Origin: Eubacteriales bacterium
Lineage (GTDB): Bacteria; Bacillota; Clostridia; Christensenellales; Aristaeellaceae
Assembly (NCBI GenBank): GCA_031547595.1
Contig: JAVBRU010000018.1
Coordinates: 3,896-67,895, forward strand
Reading direction: 5' to 3'
Length of the DNA stretch: 64,000 nt
Positions 61,517 through 64,000 of this stretch are shown piece by piece (positions within the stretch are counted from its first letter, which is position 1; each line of letters opens with the position of its first letter). The position numbers and the translations under genes are program-made. The notes beneath the pieces are model-generated. The model worked only from the letters and a program-made list of their open reading frames with translations, did no database searches and had not been told where the DNA came from.

Positions 61517-63460
61517 TTGAAAAAACACATTGCTCTCATTGCCGCGCTCCTGGCCGCCGTATGTATCCTTGGCGGATGTACGTTTTCCAAAGAGGAGGAA
61601 ACGTCCGTCATGCGCACGCTAACGGCTGAGGAGGAGGCGAAAATGATAACACTGAGTAGTCCATTTATCTCTGAATTCGAGGGGTATGTTGGGGAGAGGG
61701 TTGAGAATAACAAGAGAAACTGGCTTGACGTCGCTTACGCCGCAAACCCCTATATCGTCGAAGCCATTCGCCAGCGTGAAGGCGCACCCGATGCAACGCT
61801 GGTGGGCTGGTACGGCGAGTTTCCGGGGGCATTCCTCTTAAGCGCGGCCTCCAGCTACAAGATCGACAGAGACCCTGCGCTATACGAGACCATCGCCGGG
61901 CTGGTAAACGACATCGCCGCCGCGCAGAACGACGACGGCTATCTGGGCCCTTTCCCGGATGAGAGCAGGCTGGATGGTTATCTGCCCGGCGGAAACCAAA
62001 AGGTATGGGATATTGGCGGCCACTTTTTCATGATGCTGGGAATGCTTGAGTGGCATGAAGCCACGGACAGTGAGCAGGCTTTGGATGTTTGCAAAAAAAT
62101 CGCCAATATGCTATATGACTATCATTTTATTGAAAACCGCAACTTTGCGGACAATACAATGAACCAGACTGTGGTGATATTGCCCCTGGCGAAGTTATAC
62201 CGACTCACGCAGGAACCTAAATATCTGGAGTTGGTCAACTCTATCCTGAACACCTGGCGCGGCCCTTACGCGGGCGATTACCTGGAGCACGGCTACTCCG
62301 GCGCAGAATACTCGGATCTGAAAAATCACCGCTGGGAAAACGCGTTTGATGTGCAGGCGCTTGCGGAAATCTATCGCTACAGCGGGGATGAACGTTCCCT
62401 GACCGCCCTTTCAAACCTTTGGTGGAGCATCATCAGGGGCGACCGCCACTCGACAGGCGGCTTTACCAGCGGGGAGACCGCAACAGGCTCCCCTTACACG
62501 CAAGGATCAATCGAAACCTGCGCCAGCATTGCCTGGGCTGCGCTCACCATTGATTACTATAAGCTGACAAAGGACGCTTACGCTATTGATGAATTGGAGC
62601 TTACCACCTTCAACGCCCTTTTGGGCGCGCAGCACCCTTCCGGCAGGTGGTGGACCTACGATACGCCTAAAGAGGGCACGCGGATGGCTTCCCCGCATGA
62701 GCTGTCCTGGCAAAGCAGGGCGGGAAGCCCGGAGTTTAATTGCTGCAGCGCCAACTCCGCCAGAGGCATTGGGCTTTTAAACGAGTGGTGCCTTTACCGC
62801 GAAGGCGAAACCATGTATGTCAACTATTATGGCCCGGGGCGCTTCACCATCGCCACCCCCGCCGGAAATAAAATGACCCTTGTGCAGGAAACTGATTATC
62901 CAAGGGAAGGGTCTATTAAGCTTACGCTTTCCATGGAAAAAGCGGAACGCTTTGCGCTGGCGTTACGGATTCCGTTCTGGTCTGAACACAGCACTGTCAA
63001 GGTGAATGGAAAGGAGCTGGAAACACCCCACAGCGGCCAGTATTACACCATCACAAAAGAATGGAAAACGGGCGATGTGATTGAACTTAGCTTGGATTTA
63101 TCGCTTCATTTCTGGGCTATGGAGGGAAAGAAGGCGAACACTGTCAGCATCTATCGCGGCCCCATCCTGCTTGCGGCTGACAAGCGATTCAACTTTGGCA
63201 ACACCACCCTGACCTACGAGCTGGATCTGAAAAGCATCTCTCCGGAGCTGATTGCCATGGACGCATACCCTGCCCCGCTGGTTGCCCTGAATGTGACCGA
63301 CCGGACGGGAAACCCCGTCATACTATGCGATTTCGCGACGGCGGGGGCTACCGGAACCTATTACACGACCTTCTTCCCGTCAACTGACATACCGGTTCTT
63401 CCGATTTCTTCTGTAAGCAGAGAAAACATCATATGGAATCAACGGCCTTCACAACAATAA
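61517..63460 (+). CDS. glycoside hydrolase family 127-like paralog, lipoprotein
   Basis: 647 aa with lipobox ILGGC. It has the same hallmarks (IETCASIAW; EFNCCSANSARG) and is colinear with the upstream paralog. Confidence 0.8.
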   Translation: MKKHIALIAALLAAVCILGGCTFSKEEETSVMRTLTAEEEAKMITLSSPFISEFEGYVGERVENNKRNWLDVAYAANPYIVEAIRQREGAPDATLVGWYGEFPGAFLLSAASSYKIDRDPALYETIAGLVNDIAAAQNDDGYLGPFPDESRLDGYLPGGNQKVWDIGGHFFMMLGMLEWHEATDSEQALDVCKKIANMLYDYHFIENRNFADNTMNQTVVILPLAKLYRLTQEPKYLELVNSILNTWRGPYAGDYLEHGYSGAEYSDLKNHRWENAFDVQALAEIYRYSGDERSLTALSNLWWSIIRGDRHSTGGFTSGETATGSPYTQGSIETCASIAWAALTIDYYKLTKDAYAIDELELTTFNALLGAQHPSGRWWTYDTPKEGTRMASPHELSWQSRAGSPEFNCCSANSARGIGLLNEWCLYREGETMYVNYYGPGRFTIATPAGNKMTLVQETDYPREGSIKLTLSMEKAERFALALRIPFWSEHSTVKVNGKELETPHSGQYYTITKEWKTGDVIELSLDLSLHFWAMEGKKANTVSIYRGPILLAADKRFNFGNTTLTYELDLKSISPELIAMDAYPAPLVALNVTDRTGNPVILCDFATAGATGTYYTTFFPSTDIPVLPISSVSRENIIWNQRPSQQ

Positions 63461-63476
63461 AAGGAGCGGATACACG

Positions 63477-64000
63477 ATGAAAAAACGAAACATGCTTGCC
63501 CTGATTGTTTTATGTGCACTCACCCTCCTCATGGCAACCGGATGTGAAAAGAAAGCGGACGATATCACCGTCAAGCAGGAACCGCAGGCGACAAACACGG
63601 CCTCAGATGCCTCCGCGCAAAAAGAAGACGTGGTGGAACTAACGTTCATCAACTGGGGCGATAGTGAAGAGCAGAAGATGTTCGAGGATATCTTTGCCCG
63701 CTTTCATGAGGCCAATCCCGGCATACGCGTCAAGTATATCTTTGTTCCCCAAACGGAGTACGTTACAAAGCTCAATGCAATGGCCGCAACGAACTCCCTG
63801 CCGGATATGGGGCAAATGATAGAAAACTCTTCCCTTAAATGGGCGGAGAACGGAAAGTTTCTGGACGTCAGTGATCTGTATGCGTCCGGCGCTATTTCCC
63901 CGCGCCTGGACAGCGTTACCTTCAATCCCACAAAAAGCGGCAATTTCTTTGGCGCCAGCTACATTTGCGAGGTGCTGACCCTGTTTTACAACAAGGATAT
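63477..64000 (+). CDS. ABC transporter sugar-binding lipoprotein, partial (runs off the right edge)
   Basis: ATG 63477 lies after AAGGAG. MKKRNMLALIVLCALTLLMATGCEKK has a lipobox, followed by …VELTFINWGDSEEQKMFEDIFARFHEANPGIRVKYIFVPQTEYVTKLNAMAA…, typical of family 1 solute-binding proteins. There is no stop within the window. Confidence 0.8.
   Translation, partial: MKKRNMLALIVLCALTLLMATGCEKKADDITVKQEPQATNTASDASAQKEDVVELTFINWGDSEEQKMFEDIFARFHEANPGIRVKYIFVPQTEYVTKLNAMAATNSLPDMGQMIENSSLKWAENGKFLDVSDLYASGAISPRLDSVTFNPTKSGNFFGASYICEVLTLFYNKD

Noticed and set aside
1-64000. Search for tRNA, rRNA, CRISPR arrays, integrases or transposases, and classical defence genes (RM, Cas, Abi)
   Set aside because: No cloverleaf-compatible segments, rRNA-like conserved blocks, regularly spaced direct repeats or recombinase-like ORFs were seen in any intergenic gap or frame. 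The PIN/TRAM protein is the conserved housekeeping YacL next to radA rather than a toxin module.

Overview
High-GC Firmicutes/Clostridia-type chromosomal segment. Supporting marks are spoIID, a radA-yacL pair, a T-box leader, and GGAGG-type RBSs with frequent ATGA start/stop overlaps. It is probably an Oscillospiraceae-like gut anaerobe. I count about 50 protein genes and no rRNA, tRNA, CRISPR array or transposase/integrase. Many long ORFs in the supplied track are antisense shadows of real genes or N-terminal over-extensions; starts were re-picked from RBS spacing and start/stop coupling.

Gene content, left to right:
1. A minus-strand sugar-uptake/KDG operon: solute-binding protein, two permeases, a mutarotase-like protein, an unassigned 676-aa enzyme, kdgK and eda. 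It is headed by an atypical regulator with a LacI-type sensor domain and a C-terminal LuxR-type HTH.
2. A divergent plus-strand operon: MBL hydrolase, SDR, IlvD/Edd dehydratase, FAD flavoprotein, then FdrA / DUF1116 / acetate-kinase-family / DUF2877. This is the most interesting candidate system in the window. It looks like an AllFGH-type module wired to an acyl-phosphate kinase instead of carbamate kinase, and FdrA is split by an in-frame TAG.
3. A T-box-controlled proS.
4. An AT-rich XRE plus small-protein cassette bracketed by inverted GC-rich repeats.
5. A GNAT and SAM-methyltransferase pair behind a structured leader.
6. A pseudo-rhomboid and a 979-aa protein with about 10 peptidoglycan-binding repeats.
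7. addB without addA, followed by a CD3324-like/ParB-like fusion, then a ykvI-like gene and ppa.
8. A vanR-vanS / vanW-vanG-vanT (D-Ala-D-Ser type) cluster lacking vanXY/vanY.
9. nagB, a Cys-rich hypothetical protein, an ABC-2 transporter, spoIID, a second PG-binding-repeat protein, yacL, radA, a metallophosphoesterase, ppk1 and purB.
10. A heterodimeric ABC exporter preceded by a leader peptide and an attenuator.
11. A visibly lower-GC AraC / CBM / ABC / tandem GH127 glycan-utilisation locus that runs off the right edge.
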